Below are positions 1 to 9,060 of a DNA stretch of 64,000 bases, one piece after another; positions within the stretch are counted from its first letter, which is position 1; every line of letters begins with the position of its first letter. Under the pieces are notes generated by a model. It had not been told where the DNA came from, ran no database searches, and was given only the letters and a program-made list of their open reading frames with translations. This DNA comes from Candidatus Saccharimonadales bacterium (lineage in GTDB: Bacteria > Patescibacteriota > Saccharimonadia > Saccharimonadales > EFPC-124): contig DASTDY010000070.1 in assembly GCA_035710125.1 (NCBI GenBank), forward strand, positions 25,396 to 89,395. The letters run 5' to 3'. The position numbers were made by a program, and so were the translations under genes.

Positions 1-292
1 CAATGCCGTAAAAATACTTGGCGCCAATTATTGACCCAACGAGCGAATCTGGCACCACGTGCACAGACACCACTTTTTTGCCTGACCCAAATAAAAGATG
101 TAGCAAACCGTAAGGGCCAAATGTTTGGATATGTGTAATATCGGCACCGCGACGGAACTTATTTACGATTACATCTGTATCTGGTTGCGCACGCAAGGCG
201 TGTGTCATTTCTTCGAATGCGGTATGTACGCCATGACCCTGTACCGTAAAAACGCTTTCAGAGATCATGTTGATTTTAAGTTTTCGACTCAT
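1..292 (-). CDS. Partial CDS: N-terminus of a glycosyltransferase (GT4/GT1-like), start codon at 292-290, continues beyond window start
   Basis: Minus-strand translation from ATG at 292: MSRKLKINMISESVFTVQGHGVHTAFEEMTHALR..., typical N-terminus of GT-B glycosyltransferases (HG motif). The ORF is open to the window edge. Confidence 0.4.
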   Translation of the reverse strand, partial: MSRKLKINMISESVFTVQGHGVHTAFEEMTHALRAQPDTDVIVNKFRRGADITHIQTFGPYGLLHLLFGSGKKVVSVHVVPDSLVGSIIGAKYFYGI

Positions 293-382
293 AACTAGAG
301 GTATTGTAGCAGATAATCACGAAACAACCGCCTACCCCCAAGGATTTCTCCAAAAAGAGCAGGCGGTCGTTCGACCAAAAAA

Positions 383-1150
383 CTAGCCACGTGGCAGGCA
401 ACCTGCAGCTCCTTGCCACCACTCGCTGAGCGGTCGCTGGAGCAGGGGCCAGCCATTGCTGATATGCACGCAAATCGTGTCTGGACGGGGCATCGTGTTG
501 TCGAGCACCACGCACACCACCCAACCCACAATGCCGCCGAGCGCCACCAGACGCATCACCATATGCCAGGCTCGCCACGGGGCTTCAACCAAGGCAGGCA
601 ACACCAGGGCGAACAGCGCGTAGCCGTACGTAGGCAGGATCAGCGTGTGATACACCTTGGTGGGGCTAAAAAACGCCCCCCAGGTCATGATGTTCGACTG
701 TCCCTGCATTGAGTAGGTGACAATGGCCTCAGGGATTGTCAGGCCCAACAGGCACGCCACACCAAAGCCGACTGCCAACCAACGGAACCAGCGACGCTGA
801 TACCACTGGTTCTCGCCGTGGAGCTCTTTGGCCAGCATGCTGGCCGCAAACCAGGTGAATCCCAAAAGCAGATCACCAGGCAAGAGTCCCAGGTACTGTT
901 GGCTCAGGTTGACCGATCGACCCTCGACAAGCAACGCCAGAGCCAACAGGCCAACCGGAGTCGCCAACCAACCTATGTAGGGCTGGATTTTCGAGGAGTC
1001 AAAGGTCCAACGCAAGCCAGGGACAATCCGCAGTTGAATCCTCGGAAAGTCAAAAGCCCAACGAAGGCCAGGGACAATCCGCAGCTGCTGCGCCAACATC
1101 TGGCACCTCTTTCGGATCGAACGAACACTTCTTCCGTAACGGAATAGCAA
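383..1150 (-). CDS. Hypothetical polytopic membrane protein, high GC; N-terminal boundary uncertain
   Basis: Long minus ORF with several hydrophobic segments (VGLLALALLV, LAVGFGVACLLGL, LILPTYGYALFALVLPAL, LVALGGIVGWVVCVVL). GC is clearly higher than neighbouring core genes. Contains the duplicated peptide RIQLRIVPGLRW. Confidence 0.4.
   Translation of the reverse strand: MLFRYGRSVRSIRKRCQMLAQQLRIVPGLRWAFDFPRIQLRIVPGLRWTFDSSKIQPYIGWLATPVGLLALALLVEGRSVNLSQQYLGLLPGDLLLGFTWFAASMLAKELHGENQWYQRRWFRWLAVGFGVACLLGLTIPEAIVTYSMQGQSNIMTWGAFFSPTKVYHTLILPTYGYALFALVLPALVEAPWRAWHMVMRLVALGGIVGWVVCVVLDNTMPRPDTICVHISNGWPLLQRPLSEWWQGAAGCLPRG
1006..1084. repeat. Imperfect tandem direct repeat (~52 bp period) inside the membrane-protein ORF
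   Basis: ccaacgcaagccagggacaatccgcag (1006-1032) is repeated as ccaacgaaggccagggacaatccgcag (1058-1084). Encodes the duplicated RIQLRIVPGLRW(A/T)FD peptide. Confidence 0.6.
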
Positions 1151-1244
1151 AAAAGATTATAACATAATTGTCTTCAAAAAGCGAATAGCCGCCCGCTCTC
1201 CCACTGGTGTAGTGGGGAGCGGACGGCTTATCCGACCTTGAGAG

Positions 1245-2564
1245 TTACTTCTTGACCCAGGGCGGGTCAACCCAGCCAGCCGGCTTGGAGTTCTCGTTGC
1301 CCTGGGTGGGCGCCGAGGTCTCCTCGCCGGTCATCCACGGCGGCAGCGGCAGGCTCGACTGCGGCTGCACGATGTGAGGCTGGGTGCCGGTGTCGACCGG
1401 CTGCCTGTCGGCGATCCACGGGGGGACAGCCAACGGGCGGTTCTGCGGTGCGACGGACGGCTGGTCGGGTCCACGCCCGAAAGTCGGACGCTGGACGCCG
1501 CCATCGAACGGAAGCGGTTTCACGAGCACCTCGCCGTCCTGCTGACGGACACGCACGACCTGAGTCGCATCGGAGTCGCGCTTGCTGTCGTCCACCACGC
1601 ACTCCGGCTTGGCTTTCACGAACGTCTGCTTCTTCGGCACCCAACGGGCGTGGCTGAAGCTGTTGTAGTACTTGTACCACTTCCAGACGAACAGCTTGTC
1701 ACGCTTGCCCGCAACCAGCAGACCCAGGAACACCTGAAGCTTGGGGAGCCACCCGTTGTAGGGGTGTACCAGGCTCAGGTCGACCTTGCGGCCACCGTTG
1801 CCTGCCTTGTAGTCCTTGCGTTCCTTGTTGTCCTTGATCACGGAGTTGACGAACCAGACGAACAGGCCGACTGCCATGACGCAGATCAGCTGAGCCGCCA
1901 GCACCTTCTTGCCGACGCTGTAGTCGCCCAGAATGCCGTGCGTCAGTTCCACCGTCGTTGCCGACACGATGACCACCGTGAGGTAGGTCACCAGGAGGAT
2001 CAGTGCGGTGTGCACCAGCGAGGTAGGGCTGAGCTGCTGACCGATGGTGTAGACACCCTCGTCGTTCAGCGACTTCCGCTTGGCCCACCTCATGGTGTGG
2101 TTCTTCGGACGACCCCACGCCCACGTGCGGGCCAGGGTGAAGAAGATCTCCGTTCCCTTGAGCAGCAACATCAACGCGACGCCGAGGCCCCAGCCGATGT
2201 TGTGCAGCCACGCCTCCTGGTACCACATGCCAGTTGTGTCCGGCAGGAGGATGAGGGTGGCGATGGTTCCCGCGGTGAGGGCGATGCCCACGCCGATGTC
2301 ACCGTACTTCAGTCCCTTGTACTGCGCGCTGTAGGGGATCCAGCGGTTCTCCAGGAGGAGTCCCGTGGTCCACATGAGCACGAAGGTGTAGATGAAGCCG
2401 GCGAACAGGGTGGTGAACGGCGTTGTCCACGTTGGCCAGATCTCGTAGAAGAATCTCGCCCACGGGTACAGGTTCAGCTTGTCGGGAAACGACGTGACGT
2501 CGATGTTCATGTGCACCTCTCGGGAAAAATGGTCGGATGGTGCGCCAGGCGGCGACACCAACAT
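1245..2564 (-). CDS. Hypothetical integral membrane protein with Pro-rich C-terminal tail, high GC; likely true start near 2513 (MNIDVTSF...)
   Basis: Minus ORF of 439 aa with multiple TM-like segments (FTTLFAGFIYTFVLMWTTGLLL, IGVGIALTAGTIATLILL, LVHTALILLVTYLTVVIV, LICVMAVGLFVWFV). The C-terminus is P/Q-rich. The overlapping plus-strand ORF 1374-2597 is R-rich junk typical of antisense in GC-rich DNA. Confidence 0.5.
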   Translation of the reverse strand: MLVSPPGAPSDHFSREVHMNIDVTSFPDKLNLYPWARFFYEIWPTWTTPFTTLFAGFIYTFVLMWTTGLLLENRWIPYSAQYKGLKYGDIGVGIALTAGTIATLILLPDTTGMWYQEAWLHNIGWGLGVALMLLLKGTEIFFTLARTWAWGRPKNHTMRWAKRKSLNDEGVYTIGQQLSPTSLVHTALILLVTYLTVVIVSATTVELTHGILGDYSVGKKVLAAQLICVMAVGLFVWFVNSVIKDNKERKDYKAGNGGRKVDLSLVHPYNGWLPKLQVFLGLLVAGKRDKLFVWKWYKYYNSFSHARWVPKKQTFVKAKPECVVDDSKRDSDATQVVRVRQQDGEVLVKPLPFDGGVQRPTFGRGPDQPSVAPQNRPLAVPPWIADRQPVDTGTQPHIVQPQSSLPLPPWMTGEETSAPTQGNENSKPAGWVDPPWVKK

Positions 2565-2636
2565 TATTTTACTATATTACATAACTATTGTCAATAGTAC
2601 CACCCCTGTTCGTTTTGGGTTACAATAAAGGCCAGT

Positions 2637-3098
2637 ATGGCCAAAAAACTACCCGAAACATCTGTCCAAAATCGCCGCGCAAGGCACGACTACGATCTGC
2701 GCGACGAATTTAACGTAGGCATTGTGTTAAGCGGCCAAGAAGTTAAGGCTGCCAGGAGCGGCCATGTGAGCCTAAAAGGCAGTTATGTCACCTTAAAAGC
2801 AGGGGAGTTATGGCTTATTAACGCGTCTTTCTCGGTATTACACACCAAACCTGGGCTAAGCGAACGAACAGTCGACATAGGCGCACGCAAACTTCTCGCT
2901 AAAAAACAAGAAATTGCCGCCATACAATCAGCCAAAGACCAGGGTTTAACTATTGTCCCCCTGAGCATGACAACGCGGACACGCTTCATTAAAGTTAAGA
3001 TCGCCACAGCTAAGGGTAAAAAGCTGCACGATAAGCGCGAGACTATTAAACGCCGCGACCAAGAACGCGAAGCACAACGTCAGATGGCGCGCGCATAG
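2637..3098 (+). CDS. smpB: SsrA-binding protein SmpB
   Basis: 153 aa. N-terminus ...NRRARHDYDLRDEFNVGIVLSGQEVKA...GSYV... and the basic C-terminal tail are characteristic of SmpB. Confidence 0.9.
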   Translation: MAKKLPETSVQNRRARHDYDLRDEFNVGIVLSGQEVKAARSGHVSLKGSYVTLKAGELWLINASFSVLHTKPGLSERTVDIGARKLLAKKQEIAAIQSAKDQGLTIVPLSMTTRTRFIKVKIATAKGKKLHDKRETIKRRDQEREAQRQMARA

Positions 3099-3134
3099 TA
3101 CCTTTACCGCAAACCCATCTGATATACTAGGCGC

Positions 3135-3932
3135 ATGAAACTCTACTCGTGGAATGTAAACGGCATCAGGGCCGTTATGCGCAAAGAACTATTTTTACCC
3201 TTTATCGAACAAGAAAAGCCAGATATCTTGTGTCTACAAGAAACCAAGGCCGAGCGAGGCCAGATTGCAATTGACCTTAAAGACTACCATGAGTACTGGA
3301 ATTCAGCCACTAAAAAAGGGTACTCTGGTACAGCTATTTTTAGTAAAACCGAGCCCATAGCGGTAGTAAATGGTTTTCCAGATGAGCTGGCAAAAAAATA
3401 CACTCTTGTAGACGAGCTAGAGCGGGACTCAAGCAGCGAGGGCCGTGTTATTGCCGCCGAGTTTGAGAAGTTTTTTGTGGTTACTGTATACACCCCCAAT
3501 GCTAAGGACGACCTCAGCCGCATACCGCTTCGTCACAAACACTGGGATCCTGCCTTTTTAGCCTATTGTAAAGAGTTAGAAAAGCAAAAACCGGTTATTT
3601 TTTGCGGCGACTTAAATGTAGCCCACACCGAGCTAGATCTGGCAAATCCCAAGCCTAACAGAGGTAAAAAAGGCTTTACAATTGAAGAGCGCGAGGGCTT
3701 CCAAAACTTCTTAGATGCTGGCTTTGTGGATACTTTCCGTATATTCACCCAAGGCAATGGCCACTATAGCTGGTGGAGCCACTTTGCAAATTCGCGCGCG
3801 CGGAACGTTGGCTGGCGGATCGACTACATATTAGTGTCTGGGGCACTCAAAGATAAAGTAAAAGAGGCTAAAATCCATGCTGATGTCATGGGTTCAGACC
3901 ATTGCCCGGTCAGTATAACGCTCGACATCTGA
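3135..3932 (+). CDS. xth: Exodeoxyribonuclease III (AP endonuclease, ExoIII/Xth family)
   Basis: MKLYSWNVNGIRA..., LCLQETK, GDLNVAH, WRIDYILVS and SDHCPV are conserved ExoIII motifs. Length 265 aa. Confidence 0.9.
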   Translation: MKLYSWNVNGIRAVMRKELFLPFIEQEKPDILCLQETKAERGQIAIDLKDYHEYWNSATKKGYSGTAIFSKTEPIAVVNGFPDELAKKYTLVDELERDSSSEGRVIAAEFEKFFVVTVYTPNAKDDLSRIPLRHKHWDPAFLAYCKELEKQKPVIFCGDLNVAHTELDLANPKPNRGKKGFTIEEREGFQNFLDAGFVDTFRIFTQGNGHYSWWSHFANSRARNVGWRIDYILVSGALKDKVKEAKIHADVMGSDHCPVSITLDI

Positions 3933-4492
3933 TGCCACATATAGCCATTTTATACGGGTTTGCAGAAGGTCCCGCCCATGCGCGCCGCTTAAAACAGCGG
4001 TTAGAAAAAGAGGGGTTTACTATTGTCAATAACCTATCAGAGGCAGACATAATTTTGACACACTCCGGTGGCGTTTTAGAGCTCCCTTCTCTCCCGTTGC
4101 AGGCAAAAATACTTTGTATTACCCCAAATACGGGCTATGCATACAGCTTGCGTAATGCAGCTAAACATAAGATTAGGTTAGACATTGTGCATGCTATCCG
4201 TACCAAAAGTTTGGGCTTTTGGCTAAAAAAGACAGCGCTAAACATATGGTACGGAATGAATATCGTTAGAGGAATTCGGTTATATAAGGCTGCGAAACGA
4301 TGTGGGCGTGACCTTCCTAACATCCCTGCGCACCGCGTCATGGTGGTGATACAGCCGGGTGACCCTTGGTCAGGAAACATCCCAGAACGCACTATTAGAA
4401 AGCGCCTTTACACATTTGTCTCTATAAACGGTTACCACGATGACCTTTGGCGCATTCCAAAAACATACACTGATATTTTAAAACACTTGTAG
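3932..4492 (+). CDS. Hypothetical protein (possible alpha/beta-hydrolase-like); ATG overlaps xth stop (TGATG), suggesting translational coupling
   Basis: ORF MPHIAILYGFAEGPAHARRLKQRLEKEGF...ILTHSGG... has a loose nucleophile-elbow-like segment. No confident family assignment. Confidence 0.4.
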   Translation: MPHIAILYGFAEGPAHARRLKQRLEKEGFTIVNNLSEADIILTHSGGVLELPSLPLQAKILCITPNTGYAYSLRNAAKHKIRLDIVHAIRTKSLGFWLKKTALNIWYGMNIVRGIRLYKAAKRCGRDLPNIPAHRVMVVIQPGDPWSGNIPERTIRKRLYTFVSINGYHDDLWRIPKTYTDILKHL

Positions 4493-4513
4493 GCATGCTT
4501 TATACTGGGGGCA

Positions 4514-5302
4514 ATGCACGTAGAGTATTGGCACCGACAAGAGCCACCTAAACCCCTGTTCCCAGATATTGAATGGCAGAAGCCAGAGCAACGGTCGCTC
4601 GCTGGCACACTGTTGATTTTGGGTGGCAACGCACATGGGTTTGCTGCTGTGGCCCAAGCTTACCAAGACGCGGCAAAGGCGGGGATAGGTGAGAGCCGTG
4701 TTGTACTACCAGATGTACTCAAAAAAACTATCGACCCCTTGGCGCTCGACTGCGTATTTGTACCCACTAATCCAAGTGGCGGGTTATCTAAAGAGGCACT
4801 ACCCCAGTTACAAGCAGCTGCAGCTTGGGCGAGTGGTTTACTGCTGATTGGCGACGCTGGACGCAATTCAGAAACAGCGATTTTATTCGAGCAACTCCTG
4901 CAAGGTTCCCCAGATAAACCCACCGTTATAACCCGTGACGCTGTTGACCTTATAAGTAGTAGCTGGCCAATGTTGCTCGAACGCCCTACCTCTGTATTCG
5001 TGATTACGTTCGCGCAGTTGCAACGACTATTCCAGAGTGTGTATTACCCCAAGACGGTGCTGTTTAGCATGCAGCTCACTACCCTTGTTGAGACGCTCCA
5101 TAAATTTACCACGACGTATCCGGCAACTATTGTGACGTTCCACCAAAAACAGCTCATTGTGGCATCTGGCGGGCAAGTGAGCACTACTCCTTGGGACGAT
5201 CCTTTGCGCATTTGGCGGGGGAGTGTGGCAAGTGTGGCCGCTGTGTACGCGGTGCAGCATGCAAATATGTTCCAGGCGATTACTGTTTCGGTGAGCCGAT
5301 AG
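4514..5302 (+). CDS. Hypothetical protein with degenerate YjeF C-terminal (carbohydrate-kinase fold)-like N-terminal region
   Basis: LLILGGNAHGFAAVAQAYQDAAKAGIGESRVVLP resembles the start of YjeF_C/NAD(P)HX dehydratase domains (vlgGs..GAa.laa.aAlraGaGlv.v). The canonical GDxLxG motif was not found. Confidence 0.3.
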   Translation: MHVEYWHRQEPPKPLFPDIEWQKPEQRSLAGTLLILGGNAHGFAAVAQAYQDAAKAGIGESRVVLPDVLKKTIDPLALDCVFVPTNPSGGLSKEALPQLQAAAAWASGLLLIGDAGRNSETAILFEQLLQGSPDKPTVITRDAVDLISSSWPMLLERPTSVFVITFAQLQRLFQSVYYPKTVLFSMQLTTLVETLHKFTTTYPATIVTFHQKQLIVASGGQVSTTPWDDPLRIWRGSVASVAAVYAVQHANMFQAITVSVSR

Positions 5303-5368
5303 AGTTGTAAAATAACTCTAAATATGTTTTAATTTTATTGACACTATCGTCTAAAGCAAAGGGTAGAC

Positions 5369-5926
5369 ATGGACACCGGGGATTCCCTGTACTCCATTCC
5401 GCTGCTGGGTGCAACCTACAGCGTGTCCGTAGGCCGTGAGAGCGCTAGTCTGGTGCTCGCCCAGGCCATCGAATCGCAAACAGCAAGCATCAGGCATCGT
5501 CTGCCGGCGCGTCCCCACACTCTCTACGGAGGTGAGATCATCGACGGCAAAGAAGATGACGATGGCTTCTTGGCTGACATCAGACTGACGAGGCCGTTTG
5601 AGAGGTCCTCGCTCACCTCACACTTCGACGCGAGCCTGGTGCTGCAGACTGATGGGCAGCGGTACTTCCAGCTGACAACCAGAGCTCCACACAAAAAGGT
5701 GAGCCTGCGCGTCAGCTTCCCGCCCGAAGACGTCCCTACGTGGGTTGGCTTTGCCACCTGGGAGTCAGCCACACCAGAAGGCGCGCTGCTGACATGTGAT
5801 TACGAGTTGGAACGCAAAGAAGACGTTTCCGACGAGGATCACCCCAAGCCGGTTGTGAAGTTCCACAAGAAACTGACAGATGTCGCACCCGGCATCTACG
5901 GTTTCTTGTGGAGCTACTGCAGCTAG
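5369..5926 (+). CDS. Hypothetical protein, high-GC islet
   Basis: 185-aa ORF with no recognisable motifs. About 62% GC against ~48% in flanks. Followed by a GC hairpin. Confidence 0.4.
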   Translation: MDTGDSLYSIPLLGATYSVSVGRESASLVLAQAIESQTASIRHRLPARPHTLYGGEIIDGKEDDDGFLADIRLTRPFERSSLTSHFDASLVLQTDGQRYFQLTTRAPHKKVSLRVSFPPEDVPTWVGFATWESATPEGALLTCDYELERKEDVSDEDHPKPVVKFHKKLTDVAPGIYGFLWSYCS

Positions 5927-5940
5927 AACGTGTGTCGGAA

Positions 5941-5967
5941 CCACCCGGGCCTCGTCGGCCCGGGTGG
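5941..5967 (+). terminator. Perfect 11-bp stem hairpin (ccacccgggcc tcgtc ggcccgggtgg), candidate terminator
   Basis: Inverted repeat read directly from sequence, 14 nt after the stop of the 5369-5926 ORF. Downstream sequence (cgcccgcTTGTTTAT) is only moderately T-rich. Confidence 0.45.
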
Positions 5968-6132
5968 TCGCCCGCTTGTTTATAAAAATTTCGTGGCTAC
6001 CGCCCAACAAATTAGAAAGCATACGTACCCAAACAGGGGTAATGCAGCGATGAGGATGCCGCAGATTCACACGGTAGTCAGTAAAATCACACACCAAAGA
6101 AAGATGGCAGTATCAAAACTGCCATCTTTCTT

Positions 6133-6219
6133 TGGTGGGCGAGGTGGGACTTGAACCCACACGATATTGCTACCACAGGATTTTGAGTCCAGCGCGTCTA
6201 CCAATTCCGCCACTCGCCC
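6133..6219 (-). tRNA. tRNA-Leu (anticodon CAA), class II with long variable arm, CCA encoded
   Basis: Reverse complement GGGCGAGTGGCGGAATTGGTAGACGCGCTGGACTCAAAATCCTG...GTGGGTTCAAGTCCCACCTCGCCCACCA. The acceptor 7 bp pairs, the anticodon loop is CTCAAAA (CAA), and the T-arm is GTGGG/TTCAAGT/CCCAC. Confidence 0.85.
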
Positions 6220-6284
6220 ATGTAAAGCAAAAATCCTGTCCAAAATATTATATACTATCTACAGCATCAGATCACGTATTTTTA

Positions 6285-7489
6285 TGCAAAACGATACACC
6301 AAAATTTACCCCAAACGACCGGCACCTGCTTGTGCCCCCTAGAGACACCTCCAATTCGGCGGTGTCCGCTATGCGTTCAGAGGTAGATAAAATTTACGCT
6401 ACCAACCCGCCAAACCAGGTTAAAAAGCAACCTGTCACTATACAACCTATTGGCCATGCCACCCAGCAAGCTCCTGTAAACCCACAGAGCCCTTATGAAC
6501 GCACGCACCAAGAAAACTTCGACTGGCGCAACTACCACTCGGCCTGGCAAAACTATTACCAGCAATACTATCAGCAATATTATACGTACCACTTGCATGC
6601 CGAGCGGTTAAAACTGCATGCCGATAAAGCCGCTCAGGCTGCTGCACCAGCACCCCAAGAGCCTCAGGTGGTTACTGGCACCAACACTAGTAACGACCAA
6701 AAATCCAAAATTGCAAAACTTAAACACGATATTACCGACACAGTAAAGGCGCAGGCACAAAAAGCACGCAAAAGCCATCATTTTATACCAATCTTTAGCG
6801 CGGTTATGGTTGGCTTGGTTTTTATATTCTTGCAGTTTAACAGTGTGTTAGTCGCGCACGTAAAAGCATATGTGAGTCCTGGTAACCTTAGCAACGAGTC
6901 GCTTATTCTTGACCCAACCTCTAGCGCCAACGTCGGCCCAGAACCGAAATTGATTATTCCTAAGATTAATGTAGATGTGCCCGTTGATTACAGCGTAACT
7001 GGCCTCACCGAGGCCCAGATCCAAACCTCGCTCCGCGACGGAGCAACCTGGTACAACTTGCCTGGGGCAAATGCCAAACCAGGCCAAAATGGCAACACGG
7101 TTATTTTAGGCCACTCAAGCAACGATATTTTTAACCAAGGCAAATACAAATTTGTATTTGTACTGCTAGACAGGCTCCGCCCCGGCGACACTTTTTACCT
7201 TAACTACGAGGGCAAACGCTTTATATACAAGGTGACAGACATTAAAGTGATTGACCCCACCCAGGTAAGCGCACTCCAGATCGGCACAAGCAAACCTATG
7301 GCTACGCTAGTAACCTGCACTCCGCCGGGCACTGCGCTTAAACGCTTGGTAATTTTTGGAGAACAAATTAGCCCCGACCCAGGCGGAGCGGTTGCATCAG
7401 AGCCACAATCTGCCCCAGCACAAGAAAACACGGTGCTACCAGGCAACGAGCCTAACTGGCTCGACAACATCTGGAACTTCTTGTTTTAG
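6285..7489 (+). CDS. Sortase family transpeptidase with N-terminal Q/Y-rich low-complexity region and TM anchor
   Basis: Catalytic TLxTC motif (PMATLVTCTPPG), conserved His (NTVILGHSSN) and downstream Arg (ALKRLVIFG). TM segment IPIFSAVMVGLVFIFL. Start chosen at ATG 6285 downstream of the tRNA; the longer 6167 ORF overlaps the tRNA. Confidence 0.7.
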
Positions 7490-8955
7490 TATGGCGTTGT
7501 AAGTTGTGACGCTTGCAGGAAGTACGAGTTTGTTACTGTATTTTTACCTATGCTAAATAACGTTTTGCCGCTAGGGCTGAGCGTTGCAGAGAACCCGGGG
7601 GCAACAGTGGTGATTTCGCGCTCGTTTTGGCCATCGAACTCGAGTAGACGCAAACGCTCGCCGCTGTCTGACCACAGGTAATAATCGTCTAGCCACTGTA
7701 AGGGCTGGGAATTAGCGGCGCCTGCGAAAGGCAAAATCGAGCGGTATGAGCGGCCTAGCTCAAGGTCGTATGTAATCATCACATCGTCTACCCCGGCCAC
7801 AACCATTCGGCCATTGTTGCTCATTTTAAGCCATTGCACGGGCTTGCCGGTGGTGAACGTGGCGAATTCGGCGTTGCCTTGGTTTTCGCTAAAAGGGTTA
7901 CGCAACACCCGTACATCGCCATCGCCAGTGTGAATTGCAAAAAAATCATGGTTATCGTACTGGCCAAAGGCAATTCTTACAGTTGCGTTTAACGGGAAGG
8001 CTTGCAGCACCAATTCTTTGTTGCCGCGGTACAAGCCCACAAATTGCTGGGTTTGCGTACCGTCGGCCGAAGGCCGTTTTGCAATATAAGATATAGTGTC
8101 GTCCCCATATACCGAAAACTGCTGCACGCCAACTACCAATGCGGCAGATGCGCTATTGGCATTTATATCGAGTTTTCTAAGCACATCGTCTGTTTTTACA
8201 TACACAAAATTAGGGTTGCCGCCCGAAAAATGAATATCAGTTATGGCAAGCCTAAACTTGTCACTTATATTGATTGTTTCATTAGGATTAGTCCGGTCTA
8301 CCCGAAGCCACTGGTCAACGCCTGCGTTTTGCTGCCGCACAATAAAGTAGCGCGAGCTTAGATCCCACTCCACTAAAGATAGTGTGCCAATTTTACCATC
8401 TTTTTTTGGCAGTGCGGCGTCGGGTATTGTAAGCGTTGTGAGCACGGGCTTTTTTTCGTCTGCTAGGTCTACCAGGGTAAACGATGGCGTATCTTGTTTT
8501 TCTTGTATAACTATCCACCGGTGGTCGGGTGCGGGCAACATGCCAGTGACTGAAGGGAATGTCTTAACCGGCACAGTAGTAATAGATGTTGGGAACAATC
8601 TGGCGTAATTAAGCCACAAAAGCTGGCCAGGCGCGAGCGACACCGTCCGCTGCCAATCGCGGTAGCCACTCAGCTGCATCACTATAGTGTGGTCGCCAGC
8701 AGGAAAATTAGCACGGCCTGGTGTCTTAAAGTTTTGGGCGACGCCATCTACTACCACAGTTGCGGCTTCTGGGAGTGACCTAAATTGCACCAGGCCACCT
8801 TGCTCAAACTCGAGCGAAGATTGGTTAAACCGGTAGCCCATCGCGTAAAAAATAGCCAACGTTGTGAGTACAACGGTGGCCAGCGTCATGACACCGTAGG
8901 TAAAGAACCTGAGTGCTAGTTGGGCACGTTTGGAGCGTAAAGAAATAGGGAACAT
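7486..8955 (-). CDS. PEGA-domain protein with N-terminal TM anchor and large beta-rich (propeller-like) extracellular region
   Basis: N-terminal TM (VMTLATVVLTTLAIFYAMG). PEGA-like segment SLPEAATVVVDG...FPAGDHTIVMQLSGYRDWQRTVSLAPGQ. The rest is hypothetical. Confidence 0.55.
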   Translation of the reverse strand: MFPISLRSKRAQLALRFFTYGVMTLATVVLTTLAIFYAMGYRFNQSSLEFEQGGLVQFRSLPEAATVVVDGVAQNFKTPGRANFPAGDHTIVMQLSGYRDWQRTVSLAPGQLLWLNYARLFPTSITTVPVKTFPSVTGMLPAPDHRWIVIQEKQDTPSFTLVDLADEKKPVLTTLTIPDAALPKKDGKIGTLSLVEWDLSSRYFIVRQQNAGVDQWLRVDRTNPNETINISDKFRLAITDIHFSGGNPNFVYVKTDDVLRKLDINANSASAALVVGVQQFSVYGDDTISYIAKRPSADGTQTQQFVGLYRGNKELVLQAFPLNATVRIAFGQYDNHDFFAIHTGDGDVRVLRNPFSENQGNAEFATFTTGKPVQWLKMSNNGRMVVAGVDDVMITYDLELGRSYRSILPFAGAANSQPLQWLDDYYLWSDSGERLRLLEFDGQNEREITTVAPGFSATLSPSGKTLFSIGKNTVTNSYFLQASQLTTPY

Positions 8956-9060
8956 GGTGATACAGCCAGTGTATCATATGCTCGCAAGTTATGCTGAACG
9001 AAGAGTCTACCCCAGATTGTTTAAGCACTTGCGTGTTTCAGAAAAGCCTCGTACTATTAA

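Noticed and set aside
1006-1100. CRISPR array
   Set aside because: There are only two imperfect repeat units and they are inside a coding frame. No regular repeat-spacer periodicity was seen anywhere in the window, and no cas genes.
1374-2597. 407-aa plus-strand ORF antisense to the membrane-protein gene, plus similar long antisense ORFs at 37038-37937, 35558-35995, 52270-53037 and 24293-25910
   Set aside because: Arg/Gly/Pro-rich, motif-free translations typical of stop-codon-poor antisense frames in high-GC DNA. The opposite-strand ORFs have coherent membrane or helical protein character.
6167-6284. Start of the sortase ORF at 6167 and small ORF 6132-6386
   Set aside because: Both overlap the minus-strand tRNA-Leu. 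Start re-assigned to ATG 6285.
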